Positions 14,501 through 28,900 of a stretch of 64,000 bases of DNA are shown one piece after another; within the stretch, counting starts at the first letter, position 1, and each line of letters begins with the position of its first letter. The stretch is taken from assembly GCA_040954595.2 (NCBI GenBank), contig CM082593.2, positions 878,901 through 942,900 of the forward strand, in the 5' to 3' direction. The notes beneath the pieces are model-generated. The model was not told where the DNA came from, searched no databases, and saw only the letters and a program-made list of their open reading frames with translations. A program made the translations under genes and the position numbers. The stretch comes from Balanoglossus misakiensis. Its lineage: Eukaryota > Animalia > Hemichordata.

Positions 14501-17500
14501 GGTGAAGCGGGGACAAGCTGTGATTGATGTGTTACTTAAGAAACGCACGCCAGTTTAGGAATGTGTCTAATATATGTCACCTGTTTTAAGAGCGTAAAGA
14601 TGTATCAGATCAGAGACGATCATCACAAAAACAAGATCAGGTTTGAGAGTTTTAAGGCTTTTTATGATTTTCCCCATGCCATTCATTTCCATTTTTCAAT
14701 TTTGGTGATTTCCTCTTCTTTCGTCCAATTCATTATAAAAATGAAGTTGATATGTCTGTAGGTATTCTGATTAATTTGCTGTGATGCTGTGACATGCAGG
14801 TCCTAGAACTATATCGTTTTTGTAGCTTCTTTTGGCTAAAACTGATCGCTTGTGAAGGACGCATTTCTCTGTACCGGTAGGTATTGCAGGAATTGCTATG
14901 TGTCAAATTTACAATTCGCCACAGGCATTTCGTTCAAACACTTACTTTATTCCCAAGACCTGTGGGTATAGACACTCTTGAATGATTAAGACAAATAATG
15001 ACTGTGTGGGTGTGCTGAGCTTACTAGGGATATTCGCTACACAAAGGTGAATCCCATCTGGAATTTTAACTTATGGATTAGTAAACATCTTTGCTCCTTT
15101 TGTCAGAGACTTATAGGACTGGCATGGTGAATGCTTGTAACAAATTAGACCTGGAGTCAAAATATTTACAGACTTAACAAATAAATCATATAAACCAACA
15201 CTGTACAAACAATATTGACGTGTGGAGATGTACTCATTTTTCAGTGCATATATTGCAAGACATAAAGTAAAATGCTGGCAGAGTGCCTGCAATTTTGACT
15301 ATACTATTAGCAGAACCTGTGTTCATCTTTCGTTACATGCCAGGTATATGTTTGACACAAGGAGATATGACGCGTGTATCTTCGCCGAACTTTGACATTG
15401 TGACTTTCAAATCCCTGTATTAAAATTACCCGCATTTGTCCTTAGAAAATTCTGGCAGGGTGTGAAGAATCGCCGAGGAAATGCCGGAATTGAAAGGAAA
15501 GGTTTCCCGTTGAATATGGCAACTCAAGTGCTCAGGGTTCCACCACCTGTGTAATGCAGGTGACATTAGTGGCTATGATGATACAAGATTCAAGATTAAG
15601 ACTTGAATGATGCAATAACAACGCCTTCAGAGTCAGTCAACATTTTAACATCAATTACTCATTCATCTTCAAACATACAAATCTTGTGATGACATAGATT
15701 CCATACGAGATACAGTTTACTTGGCCCTCAAATCTTCAAGGAGTAATCTATCATTTATTAAAAAGCAATAAATCAACAAACAGATGAGTTTATCTTGACA
15801 TTTTGACGACAATTTACTCAATGGCGCTTATCGGTATTAAAGTTTAGTATAGATTCCCATACACGATCATACAATGTTTGATTATAAACTTATATTTATA
15901 TATTCACAGGATATGTGAAAGAAGGGAATACTTCATAGGTTGATGGATGCACTGTGTGTTTTAAAATGTCCTCGACTTTCCTCTCGCTATAAGCCAGACT
16001 TCAGTGGGACTATGAACATAATTAGGCCTATATAATAGGGGTAACTGTAGTACAAGCCACACATATCACATGCAGTAATCGTCACTCCGACACACGGGAC
16101 CCTAAGCTATTTTTAAAATTGGTTATATGATGCCAGTTGTAACTTAATACACTGAGACTTCATGCTCTGGATGATGAAGATAATCATAAGATTAAAGTCC
16201 AATTCTTCTATCACCCTTTCATGGGATTAAAGGGCCCTTAATCATTTCCCAAAGGGTAGCGTGTTTACTTTATCCAGATTTTATGGTTTTTCAGTTGCAA
16301 ATGCTTCAGATAACAACGGGAGGCAGCAAAAACAAAAGCCACCACAAAATCCTACCCTGAAGTGCCATTCATCAAAATGTCGAACTGTTAACAGAAATGT
16401 GGACGGATAAATGGAAAACCACGGTTTTTTTGCGAAAATTGTTCACTCGGGCACTACAGCATCGCTTATCACAGTCGACTCATTTAGAAAGGTTTATGTC
16501 TGTTGTTGCGCATATGTACTACCTATCATGTACGTGAAATATGGTATGGAGTTGCCGACACAAAACCTCAAAGGTTGAACATATCTGGCATATACATATA
16601 GGACTGATCACTGATCTCTGACGTGAAGGGTTATAAAGTGCCCATGGTGACTGTTTAGATGAGCTTTATGCGCAAGTATAATAACTCATTCGCTATTACT
16701 GTCTGCATGACTCGGTGTTCACTAAAACGTCCTAGATTTAGAATAACGCCATCTGCACCATGTTACGGTCCAATAAACCAAAATGCCCTGATGTTCCCGC
16801 AAAATCATTGTTTCGATCGATTTAAATAGAAATACCTGGAAATTTTGTGGTCCACTGAGGCATATGTGGACTGATCTCCCAGATGAGTGAAGAGCTGTAC
16901 CCGGAACTACTTTTATTAGTTGAAAACGCGGCATTTAACAAAGTGCGGTAATATGCTCATATGTATTGAGGCACAATCCCGATATTCAGCCATTTTCACT
17001 TTTAGCGAGATTGGTAGAAAATGACAAAGAATCTGCCCGTTACTGCCACATGTCTACAGTAATCAATCTGCCCAGAATCACTAGATGAAAAAGTGTAGCA
17101 TTTACAGCAGTACAAATTAATACATGACTGGGTGATATTAATTATTAAGGAAGATAGTCCTTCACCTCCATGTACGCATTACATAATCTTTGGCGAAAAA
17201 ATATACCATGACCGTTCTACTATGTCCTGTGTTGAAAATATCATGCTTTCTATATCACCATCTGGTAATACCAAAGAGTGGGTATAGGTATAAAAACAGC
17301 ATGTTTACGAAATGTACATATGTGCATCACTTGTGGACTAAAATACTGATACGTAATAAGCTTTGTTACTCATATCATTTCTTTCTCGATTTCTATGTAA
17401 ATATATCAGTAACAAAGTGGGTATTGTGCTGTTAGAATATTTCTGTATTGTTGTCGCTGCTTGCCTTACGGCCATTGGTACTTCCCCTAAGCCTGTGCAT

Positions 17501-20500
17501 TATTCGTCTTATCATTGCAGCGTCATTCATAACTTTGATATCTGCAGGTATGATGAAACAGCTTAGAAGTTCTATCACGAACATGCCCATGTGAATCAAA
17601 TGATCCGTGTGGCTTATGGCAGTTTACATTTCAAGTAACCACTTAGCCCGTTTAAAATAAATGATGTGTTTCTTCTAAAAGTAGCAAAACAAACCGGCCT
17701 CTCGTTTACTGATGAATTTGCTTGCGTCATATACAGGGACTACTTTAAAGTATTTAGCTGCAATTGATATCATTTCAATGATTTCTCCTCTAGCTTAAGT
17801 TGTCAAATTATCAAACTGAATCTACTTCGTATCAGTGCTTCTTGAAATCAAATGGACACTTATACATCAATACGTGTACATCAATATAGTACTTAATGTA
17901 TTGTTGTAAGAAACTATTTTACAAAAACCAAACATGTTCGTACGCGTTTGCTCAAAGGAGGTATGAGGTTCATGAAACTGAAAATGTTTTCAAGTTTGGG
18001 GTTTTACAGAACTTTACAATCTCGAAGCAACTTTCCATGTACTGGCAAATTGCCAAGATGATCGACGCATTTAAAAACAAAAACAGGGTAATTTGAGGGT
18101 TACATGCACGTATGATTTATATTGAGCGTGTTGGCCAATTATGCTTATGACGTAAAAGGGGTTGAAATGAGTTAAAAGCCACACATTTAAGCAATATCTT
18201 GCCTTCCTGACAAATGGTAATTCGACGGAAGTGTGTCGACCAAAGTAAGAAATATAGTTGGAATTAACATACAACACTACTTGATGGGTGTGTATACTTT
18301 TCGTCTATGTTTCGGCAGTCAGCTTTTTACTAATAAAATAAAACATGTCCCGGTCTTATTAAACTAAAATTTTCAGGTTCAACTTGTGAGTGCATTGTCT
18401 GTCCCAACGTGTATAAGTAGTTTAATCAGCTAATGCTTAGCAACTGGGGATATGCCGTTAATGATAACCTCTTTCTTTTCGCGAAAGAGGAAATTGAGGA
18501 AACAAGACACAGAAAATATTGGACTGTTTAATCACGCATTTTTTGTGGAATCTTCAGAATTCTGGTTGGTCCTACAGAACCCAACATCTAAGATATAATA
18601 TATCAGACATGTTTTTTCCCCACAGAAACTGACACAAAGTTAATGACGGTCAGGATTGAACATCTTGCGTTTCATAAAATCATTCTTCAACTGTTGTCCT
18701 ATTTTATACTACGCTCAGAGGGCAGAACAAGGTAACACACTTCGCTCAAAAAATAGGTTAGTTACAATGAAGGGCACCTGTCGAAGAGTAGTATAAATCA
18801 AAATTGTCATTATGATGATTTCACTTAAAAAGAGATTGCAGAGGTCGGCCTGAATTCGAATCCTTTTAAATACGAAACCTCTTTCCCATCATGAAACTGT
18901 ATTGCACTCAGAGAAACGATGTGGAGATTAAAGTTACGGTTATTGTGATATTGACATATATAGAAAATGCATTAATAATGCTGGTATTGAAAGCTATGAA
19001 TGCTTACCACCTGGAATCAGTCAATTGCATGATAATGCTCAAGGTTACTGAAGGTTAGTGTCTCATGATAGACGATCCGACGGATTGGGGTAGTAATTTC
19101 TCAAAAGCCATTATGATAATGGCAGCCAGGTATTCCAAAGATGCTTTCCAGATTTATCGAGATTAAGTGTTTTGTTCTTCATATATAACGCGTAACGTCA
19201 ATTGAAACTAGAATTATATTTTATACCGAAACTGAACACATGTAGTAGTCTACACCTGGTTACAGTCATGGTATCAGTTTACGCAGTAATGTAGAAAACA
19301 AACTGATCACCCCCAACATCAAATGATTTACGGTATATGTCTGATGTAGAAACAGGTTGTCCTGCTCGAGTAAATCACTATGAGCAACAGATGCCAGACA
19401 AAGCGCAGTAGAATCTGATCAGAAACCCTTTTGCTGACCTAAAAAGTGCCAGCGGGCCTCATTAAGTCGTCAACGGAGACTACCAGGACCCGCCAAAAAA
19501 ATCATCCTGTCATGTGGTAGTTCGAGCTGTGAATAACTTAATTTACGAGTATCAGAAAGAGCTCATTATTCAAAATACATGTAAACATAGCTTCGTACAA
19601 TAGACTTTACTGCGTGTTTTTATAGTACATTTGTAGCCGAATTGATAATTAAGAGAAAAGAACTGGTTATTACAAAACAAAACTACACAAAACAACTGGA
19701 TCAAGTACTTTTGATTATAGAACAGCATTCTTTGTGTCTGTATTCCAATATTCGATCTCTCTTGCCTATGGCATTTTCGTCATCCTGTGCTGAAGGTTAT
19801 TTTTATGAACCACAGTCAGCAGTAACGCATTGAACACGCCAGTTGTGAACTAGACATCTGTGAGCGCTACAGGGCATATACATTGTGTTCAGAAAGTACA
19901 TTGTGTTCACAAAGACGGGAGTGTGCTAGTTTACTTTCAGCGAGTGTTGTTTAGCGCTAATGATTTATCGGTTCCAGCCCGTGCCCAACTACATCTAGAC
20001 TTTCAGTCTGTTTGTACGTGGGTTGTTGGCTAGAAGGAAAGTCGAATGACACAGCTTGTGATTTTATCAGACCCTTGCATCTATGATGTATTACACACTG
20101 AGAAAGGCCTGGCATACAAACCTAGGTGGGTTTACTGTTGAATGTTAATGTGTTTATTAACAAACACTCGAATGTACATGTAAATACACTATAAAGAGAC
20201 ACGTAGAATATTGTAATCCAAATGCCGTCAATGTGAGGAAATTTCACAAAATGTCTGCTACACTGTGAGATTCGATCAAACACATACATGTCTCCTTTAT
20301 TCAAAAGATGGGGAATTCTAATCCGTCTAGGTTTAACAAATCATGATATAAAAAAGCCAAAGTTAACGTGATTGTACCCAATGCGGCCAGTGCAGTCTTT
20401 TAATTCTGTCATCAGAATACTAAACCATACGCTATTTGTCTCTGTCTCTAATCGGTTCAAAAGCAACTTAAAAGTAGTTCGCAACATGGATAGGGCAAAA

Positions 20501-21360
20501 CTGTTTCAAACCTTTGCGGAAGATATATGGTCTACTCACAGTCCCTCCACTGTGTGAACAGACCGTGGCCTACTCTTTTGTTTTTCTGCGAAACATCAAT
20601 TTGAAGCATTGCAGGTTCTGTGCTCATCAATCAGTGGAAACATTGGGAATGCAGGCAGAATGGAGAATTATGCCTTAAATGTTGCAGTTTTGCTTCAAAT
20701 ACACTAGCGACACAACAAATTCATAAAGTGCTCAGCGTGACAAATACTTGTCATCGTTCATATCGCTAGATATGAGATAAGAATTCCTAATGCATATACA
20801 TGCCCGGGGTAACATTTCTGCGGTATGTTAGTGATATACTTTTAATGGGATTGATCCAGTTCTGATCACAATAGAGAATGTTTATAATGAAACCTGAGCG
20901 TTCTCCCTCCTACTGATTAAAAAGTGTAATTTTCCTTTGATAATAATGTACTTTTTTAACAATATTTATTTGCAATGTCCAAAGACATGCTGCTGTGTGC
21001 ATGGTCTCTGATGTATATCACTCTGTACGTATTATACATGTATTCTCATACTCTACGTAAACAAAAAGCTATTAAAACGCAAGCTGTCAGTCACTATGTT
21101 TGAATTGCATATTTTGTTTAAAAAGTGTTTCAAAAATTTGGGTTATCTCATCAACAGAACACAAAACTGCGAAATTTATGCAGCTGTATAGAATAAAACA
21201 AGCCGTTCACAAAAACAAATCGGCGATAACAAAAAGAACATTCAGCCGTAAAAAACAAGTATCACAAGAGAGACAACATGTGGTGCTTGCAGCAGTCATA
21301 AACAAAAAAATGACAGCGAGATAATTACAATTATTTCGAGCAAGGTACTCCCTTGTAAGT

Positions 21361-21510
21361 GATAGATCTCTTGAAAATCTGTGTATATCACAATCTGTGA
21401 TTAGAGAGAGATAGATCTCTTGAAAATCTGTGTATAAATCACAATCTGTGATTAGAGAGAGATTATAGATCTCTTGAAAATCTGTGTAATCACAATCTGT
21501 GATTAGAGAG
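21361..21510. repeat. Minisatellite, ~50-bp unit x3
   Basis: gatagatctcttgaaaatctgtgta(t/a)atcacaatctgtgattagagaga occurs three times with small indels. Confidence 0.9.
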
Positions 21511-22061
21511 AAAAGTTTTCAGATGAATTTCACACATTCAATCTACTGGGACAAATAAACCCGCAGCAATCGTGTGGGTTTTATAACAAAGTGGATTTCT
21601 ATTTTAAAGACTGTGAAATAACGCCTTTTGTTAAAATACGAAAGGCACAGTCGGCTATCCCTGGTGGAACGGGCAATTCATGAAACCATTTCCCCTCCAC
21701 ACATATACGCATCTGTTGTGAATTACTTCCACAAAAGAGTCCTGATAGTATCAGTCTGTGCCCTTAATGTTGTTTGTTCATCTGGTTGGCCTAGCTCCAA
21801 ATAATTGGGAATCTGAATAACGGGTGTGCCCGGTACTCTGTTTACCCATACAGCATATGCCAGGTTTACTGTCGAATGCACTTTTCCTGACAGTGCATGG
21901 CAGCATTCAACGTGGTGTACTGCGCATGCATGGAGTAATTGGGGAATTGGTAGTAGGATCCGATGTGCATCTGAAATGAGTGTGTTCGATACAATTCTGC
22001 AGTGAGCAAGGTCTTCAACGTCTCGCACAAGTGGCTGCCAAGTTGGCGATCGACATTCCCG

Positions 22062-25000
22062 ATGGAAAGTGTACACGAAAGTGAAAATTCTTCTTACTAC
22101 CTGAACTTCTCTTACAGCTACATGTATGAAGACTACGATTATGATTACCCGTACGAAAAACCTTCTAGGATTTCAACAGCAGGCCAGGTTACCCTTATCA
22201 CAATCTACAGCTTAACTACCTTTGTAGCGATTATCGGAAACATGACTGTGATACTAGTTCTTACGTGCAGTGGCAGGTCGCGTACAGACCTTAACACATT
22301 TCTGATCAATCTGGCTGTTTCTGATGTTACCATGGCGATTTTCGGTATACCATTCTCCTTCGTACAGGCTATGCTTGGTCATTGGGTTTTCAGCAGAGGT
22401 CTGTGCAAAATGGTCGCCTTCATGCAGCAGGTAAGGCTTAAACCTCATTGAAACCAGTAAGGTTTAAACTAAGCACTTTATGTTAACGTTATTGGACAAT
22501 ACTAATCGAATATTGCGAATAAACTATCTGTATTCTAGCATGATTGACAGCTTTATACCTACCGGTACATTTGTATGATATTATTCCCTGGATTGAGCAA
22601 CTTATTGTGCCGTAACTGATGGTATTAAAATTACTTTCTGATGTTTCTCACTTCGATTCAACCTTATCAATAGCATAAAATGGATAAGTTAAGTGACAGA
22701 TATCATTACTTAGTCGCATAAATGCAGAAGCCAAGCCCTCGATCCTGTCAAAGTAAAACAATTCTGTATTAAAGTATATCATGGTACAAACCACACAATG
22801 TTTTATCACGGTCTCTGTGGTTTTATGCATGTATTTCTGCAAATTGTAACCACCTAAAGCAATGATGGGAATGCAGCAGAGATTTTAGCTGACAGAGCCA
22901 TGTAAATGTAATTCGAACACAAAAGTCATCACGACTTGTGGGCATCGGTCGTTCTCAAAGGTGTGCTTTGAGCTTGTTCGTGACTACAATGGTACAATGG
23001 CCATATTTGATTGCAGTGTTCTGCCTATATATAGTTTTGAGGGCATTACCATTACAGCTGTATATGCATGTTCTCACACATTGCCAAATGTCATGGTGAT
23101 TTCGGATCTCAAAAGACATCATGCCATTTCAGTGACATACATCTTAGCTTTTTATATAATTACTCCAAGATGTTTTTGTTTTGCCCATGCAAACACGGTA
23201 TTTCTGATCAGTTGAATTACAGTACATGCACATAAATGAATCAACTATGTATGCACATGTTGATTGCATAAAATCATTAGATCCCTGTTGGGATTTCTAC
23301 AGCAGATAGTATTATATATAAAAGATCTTTCATAACCCCATTTATATGGGGTCCAATCAATTCTCGTCATCCTGACACCTGTACATGTACATGTATCATA
23401 AATTTAAATATGTTCGTCCGTTCTTGAGATATCTTGCCAATTAAAGTACATACAGCAATACAAAATGCGCATGAACATCTGCATGAGGTAACATATTTCA
23501 GATGGATGGCTCATGATTTTTTTGTGCCAAAAATGAGCAACTGTTGAAATGTAGTATTAGGCAAGGTGAAATATTGGATGAAATATTTGAACATCTAGAT
23601 TTGGAGAGCCAAAACGACCTGGAAATAGAATTGAAATTTATGCAATCTGTCCCAGGTGGTCAAGAGGTCACTCGATCGACAATCGCATGCTGATTTCTGA
23701 TCGATGACAGATTAACCTGCGCACTGAATTATATATTGGGTTTCTTTGCTAAATCCTCGCCTATCATCGGCTACTCTGATATATCACGGTTTATGTTTAA
23801 TTTATGTTTAAATCGTAACATGTGTGTCAACCAAACTGAAATGTTCAGTGCATTCGTGGCTACTATTTGTATGCAGAAACACATCTCTAGCTTGTATAAT
23901 TTAACTGAGATTTCCTTTCTTGACACGGTTTATGCTGTAGATCATGTTTTCCCCATTACTGATTTGGTTTTAGTTAGCACATCAAAGTAAAACAGTCATC
24001 ATCAAGGTAATGTTTTAAAAGTGATCAAAGAAAATTACTGACATGGTAATATTTCGCTCCTAGAGTGATTTCTATGGCTTTCCTCAAGCCTCTAGAACAT
24101 GAGCCATTCTGCATTAAGTTCTTTCTTTCTCACAGGTTTCTGTCACTGCTAGCATCTACACCCTGGTTGCCATAGGAGTGGATAGATTCTTTGCCGTGTA
24201 TTATCCAATAAAGAAGCGTACGTCCAAACCCTACGCCAAGATCACAATCTTCGTCATTTGGTTGCTAAGTGTCAGTCTTTGCATAGTTCAACTGGTGTAC
24301 GTACGAACCAAGGAGTATCAAATATCAATGACGCAACGACTCATAATATGCGACGAATGGTGGCCACAGAAGACGGGAATAGCATACGAACTATTTATCA
24401 TGACGGTCACATTTGTAATTCCACTTTGTCTATTGGCAATTACATATTTTCTGGTGGCACGGCGTCTGTGGGGAAGAAACTTACCGGGAAACGCACATCA
24501 AAGTCGCGACTTAAGTCACACACAATCAAAACGAAAGGTTGGTTTTTGTAAAAAGTACAGTGTACCCGGTATATACAGTGCATGTACGTACATGATTTCG
24601 ATAAATGTTACTTCTGTCATGGTCATTTTGGTAGTTGTTTTTTAAAGAGAACTATCTAGAAACTATGAATAATAATGAAGACTAGTGTAAGTGTTTAGTC
24701 GAATATTGTCATTTTTTCAGACTTTTGGAAATTGATTGGTATTGATGTGGTTGTATCCAACAGGTCGTCAAAATGTTGGCACTAATCGTCTGCCTCTTCG
24801 CCATTTGTTGGTTGCCGCTGATAACCGTGAATGTACTGGGCAGATGGGTGGACATACAACGGGATGTTCGTATCATCACGTATTTTTGTTGTCATTGGTT
24901 AGCCATGGCCAATAGTTTCATCAACCCAATTGTTTATGGTTTCCTTAACGACAGTTTTAGGGTAAGTTCAATTGTGGCATTTCATGGCACATTCATATTT

Positions 25001-25910
25001 TTTTCCATACAAAATATGAATTTCTTTTTTGTGGTCATTCGAGGTGACAACTCGTCAAAATCAGGGTGTATGCAATGGAGTGACCGTGTCGAAATATAAA
25101 AATGACGCTGGATGGAAGAACATTACCCGACATATTTTTGGACACTACTGTTGTTGTTTTGGGGATCTGAAAGCATGTATTTCGTTTGCCATTTCCTTTT
25201 AAATCAGTGCGGTTTCGAGATGTACTAATACAATATCATTAATAATTCATTGAGCGAGCCAGAATACTAACACATCTTTCTGTGCACTCTAAACTCTTAC
25301 AGACTGACTTGCGGCGATTCTTTGCAAATTGTGCCTTCTGTAATTCCCGGGTCCATATGCCCCTCACATTTAATTTAAGCTCACGGATTCAATCTGCAAC
25401 TTCTCCAAGGCGAAGTAAGTCTAGCTGTAGCTCACGGACATCGATTCTCAATGGCGCCAGTGGAAAAGATCGACAATCTGCCAAAAGCGAAGCCCTCCGC
25501 GAAGTGTACGTATACATATATGAACAGCTCATCGAAATATTATGTACAATACTTATTTCTAAAATTTAGATATGGAAGAATATATTATGGTGTTCAAACA
25601 GGGGCTATGAAACGGTCCTGGAAGGTCTCAGCTCAAATACTGGTGGTATAAATGATTATATGTGAACGGTTTAAGTGGAATTGAAACGGTTAAGCGGGTC
25701 AGACCGGTGTAAAGGATTAATACCTCCCCTCAACATGCTTTAACTTTGTGTGTGTGTGTGTGTGTGTGTCAGTCAAACGGTCATTGCCTTACAAACCAAT
25801 ATTTTATTATTTATTCTTTGTATATTCACAGAGCCACTGTCATTGATCTGGGCGATAAACAAAAGAACCTAATCTTTGGGAAGCCGCGACCAGATGTTTT
25901 TTACAATTGA
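22062..25910 (+). CDS. Rhodopsin-family neuropeptide GPCR (tachykinin/luqin-RYamide/leucokinin receptor group), ~416 aa, copy A
   Basis: Exons 22062-22430, 24136-24537, 24764-24961, 25303-25505 and 25832-25910, all GT-AG and in frame. 7TM motifs: GN (TM1), NLAVSD, DRF, CWLP, HWLAMANSFINPIVY. Ends ...GKPRPDVFYN*. Confidence 0.9.
25747..25769. repeat. (TG)n microsatellite
   Basis: tgtgtg run in intron 4 of GPCR copy A. Confidence 0.85.
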
Positions 25911-28900
25911 CATCTCCGGAAGCAAGACCAGGAGGATGTGGATGATTTTTGAGACGTTACCACGAGGTCGTCTTTTCCAATGATTGATAATATTAAAGAG
26001 GAAAAAGAAAACATATCATTCAAATTTCCTATCTGCTAATCATCTTTTTTGAAACAATCTTAGAAGAAACAACAACAGCTGGCATACAACTGGCTAGCTG
26101 AAGTCATTATGTACAGTATAACCAGATTTAGAGAAAAGCTCTCAAAAATTATAGTACAGTTGTAATCTGTTTTAGTAATTTCAGTATTTTTTGAAATTTT
26201 CATCATTGTTTACTCTCTTGAACGTTCTTTCTTTCTTAAAAAAAATAGTGTATTTAAATAAATTTGACAATTGTTTCCATTCTAGACTGTGATATAATAA
26301 CTGGGTAAAATATATGTTACGTTTGATGAAGTTGAAGCTTAAAACGATATTGAAATGTTATTTCCATCATGATTTTAATCAGATTGACCACTGGACTATG
26401 ATGTCTCATCTATAGGAAGTATCATATTTGTAATACATTATTAAGCAGAATTATGACGTTAATTCTATTTAAACTACGCTATTATTTGTTCACATAATTC
26501 AGCAAGAGTTTCGTCTACTGGGAAACGGGTATAATATTTTCTATCGATGTGAATGTTTACATTATGCGGGTATTTCCTATTATATTTATTATTTATATAA
26601 ATGTTGACAGATATCACCATAAAACATGTTGTGTAAATAAAAATGTGATGCTATGTCGAGCACAGGACTACATGTCTGTCTGTTTGTGTCCTCGCTATAT
26701 TGAGAACCGCTGAACTCATTCGCATGAACTTTATAATAATATCATTTCATATTTTTTCTCCTGACTAAGATATGGAAAACTGGCCAAATATCGTTTAGGT
26801 TTTACCTATTCAGCTGAACAACCAGCGACAAATGTCATCCACAGTTTATTACAGTGTCCAGAAGCATTGCATTGAAAACGGATCTCTCCATTTTGGTCGG
26901 TGATGTTAATCAAAGATAAACAAACTGATTCGAGTGGACAATTAGATATTCAGAATTTCCTTCCATTTATCTGTGACATTTTGCACAAACTGGAAAGTCA
27001 AGAGATCTTCACCACATATAATAAATTAAATTACATATACAATGAGATCGTGACCAGGTGCTGAGTTAGAAGTATATACACGTTAAGTGGATATAGCCTA
27101 TTTTGCTTATTTATCAAATGTCGCATCACGTTGCAAACCCAACAGCACACACTTAATGCGCATTTACAAAAGAACATGTAATACTCTAATCATGGAACAG
27201 TCCCTCTATCAATTCATTTACACTCTAATTCAAGTCGGAAACTAATAACTATAGACCACCTCAGAAGGTTGGAAAAAAGACCCTTTGACGCAACTTGCAA
27301 CTTCGACATGCTGGGCAAGTAAAGAGTGTACGACAGCAGTATGGGAAATTAATTTCACGCGCTTTTAACTGCAAGCTCATTAAACTTATAGAGCTTGCAC
27401 GACTCCTTAAAGCAGCATTTTGGCATTAACGAAATTGAAAGAAATTGTGTCGGACTGTAAGTCATTACTACAAGAAGTCATAAATGCGTGAGGTATTCAT
27501 GTGGTGTGTGTTATTATGGGAAATCATGTGACGTCGACTGGCCTGCGAGCAGTCTGTTGAACCAATATCGTGTATTGTGTTCACTTTGAAAATACTACTT
27601 CCTGGCATTTCGTACATCCTCTGAGTCTCACCACCCAGATAGCAAGATAACGACAATACCGGCTTCTAAAATGATAATCATTATATAAAATTATCGCTCA
27701 CAAATAACTGCTCATAGCAATTGCAAGATGATGACCCAGACAATACAATTTGAATATTGCGAAAATAAATGCTTAATAAATGTTTCATTATATCTGTCCC
27801 CCCCCCCCCACCCACATTTATAACTTTCAAAGTTATAGCTTTATTGAACAAGATAGCAAAGAAAAGATTTTTATAAACATCGCCATATATGGAATTTCGA
27901 TAGGGCACTTTCATATCCCTTCTGTCACCTTTAGTTCCTGGCATTTTAATATGATTTTCCTGTTTTGAGAATAAAGTCTGCAACATGCAACCAAACTGTT
28001 GATATGTAACAGATGAATTTACCACAGGTTGGCATTTTGACATTCAAGACTGTTTCGGTTTACTTGGTTGCAATTTCATGACGTTATCAATATCCACAAT
28101 TCAACATGCATTAATAACGCTTTTATACTATACTCCTTAACCACGGTTAATGGTGACGAAATTACCAAGTGGCCATGAGGGAACATATTGCCCTGAACAC
28201 TCGCGGAAGTCACGTTTGAAAGAACTCAAATCAGGCGTGTATTTTTTTTTCGCTGGGGCTCACTCAATGTTCTGTAGGCGGAACGTGACTGATGCTTTAA
28301 CTAAAGCCCCCAAAATAGAAATAAATGTAGGCGAAAAAGTTGAAAACCTTAATACACAAGTAAAATGTAATTAATAAATACGGCTTAGGATAACAGTGGG
28401 AGTTTGTGTCTTGCCTACGCATTGGCAGAACCTGTATTTAATCTTTACTTCTTTCCTATGCAATATTTCTCAACAGACATTTTCATCAACATCATCGAAA
28501 ACTCAGCCCAGCTTTAGCGCCACCAAGCAGTGACATTTGGATTCGTTCGACCATGCTCTTCTTGTTACGCACTGAGTATGATCGTTAGGCAACAACCAAT
28601 GAAAAAGAAACATTGTTATAGTCAATCAAATCGCTTTAAGCCCTTCTGACAATGCGCAACATGTGGTATATAATATTTTTGTATATCTACAATAGCGCCC
28701 TCGGTGATAATTTAGCAAAAACTGCCGTGCACATTAATATTCATCATGTGACTTTGCATTGTAACATCACAGATAACAACTGTATATAATTAACATTTTG
28801 AACGTTATTGTACATTTGACAATTTTCTGCAAAACCCAAACGGACAAGTGTCCAACATCACTTCCGGTCTCAAAGCATTCTGGTTATGTTCTGCATTTTA

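Noticed and set aside
18840-18865. tRNA/SINE B-box-like attcgaatcc
   Set aside because: No A box or cloverleaf could be built around it.
11600-21300. Many 60-90 aa ORFs in the intergenic region, and a search for the missing exon 1 of the pseudogene
   Set aside because: No recognisable motifs or TM1-TM3 homology; lengths are as expected by chance in AT-rich DNA.
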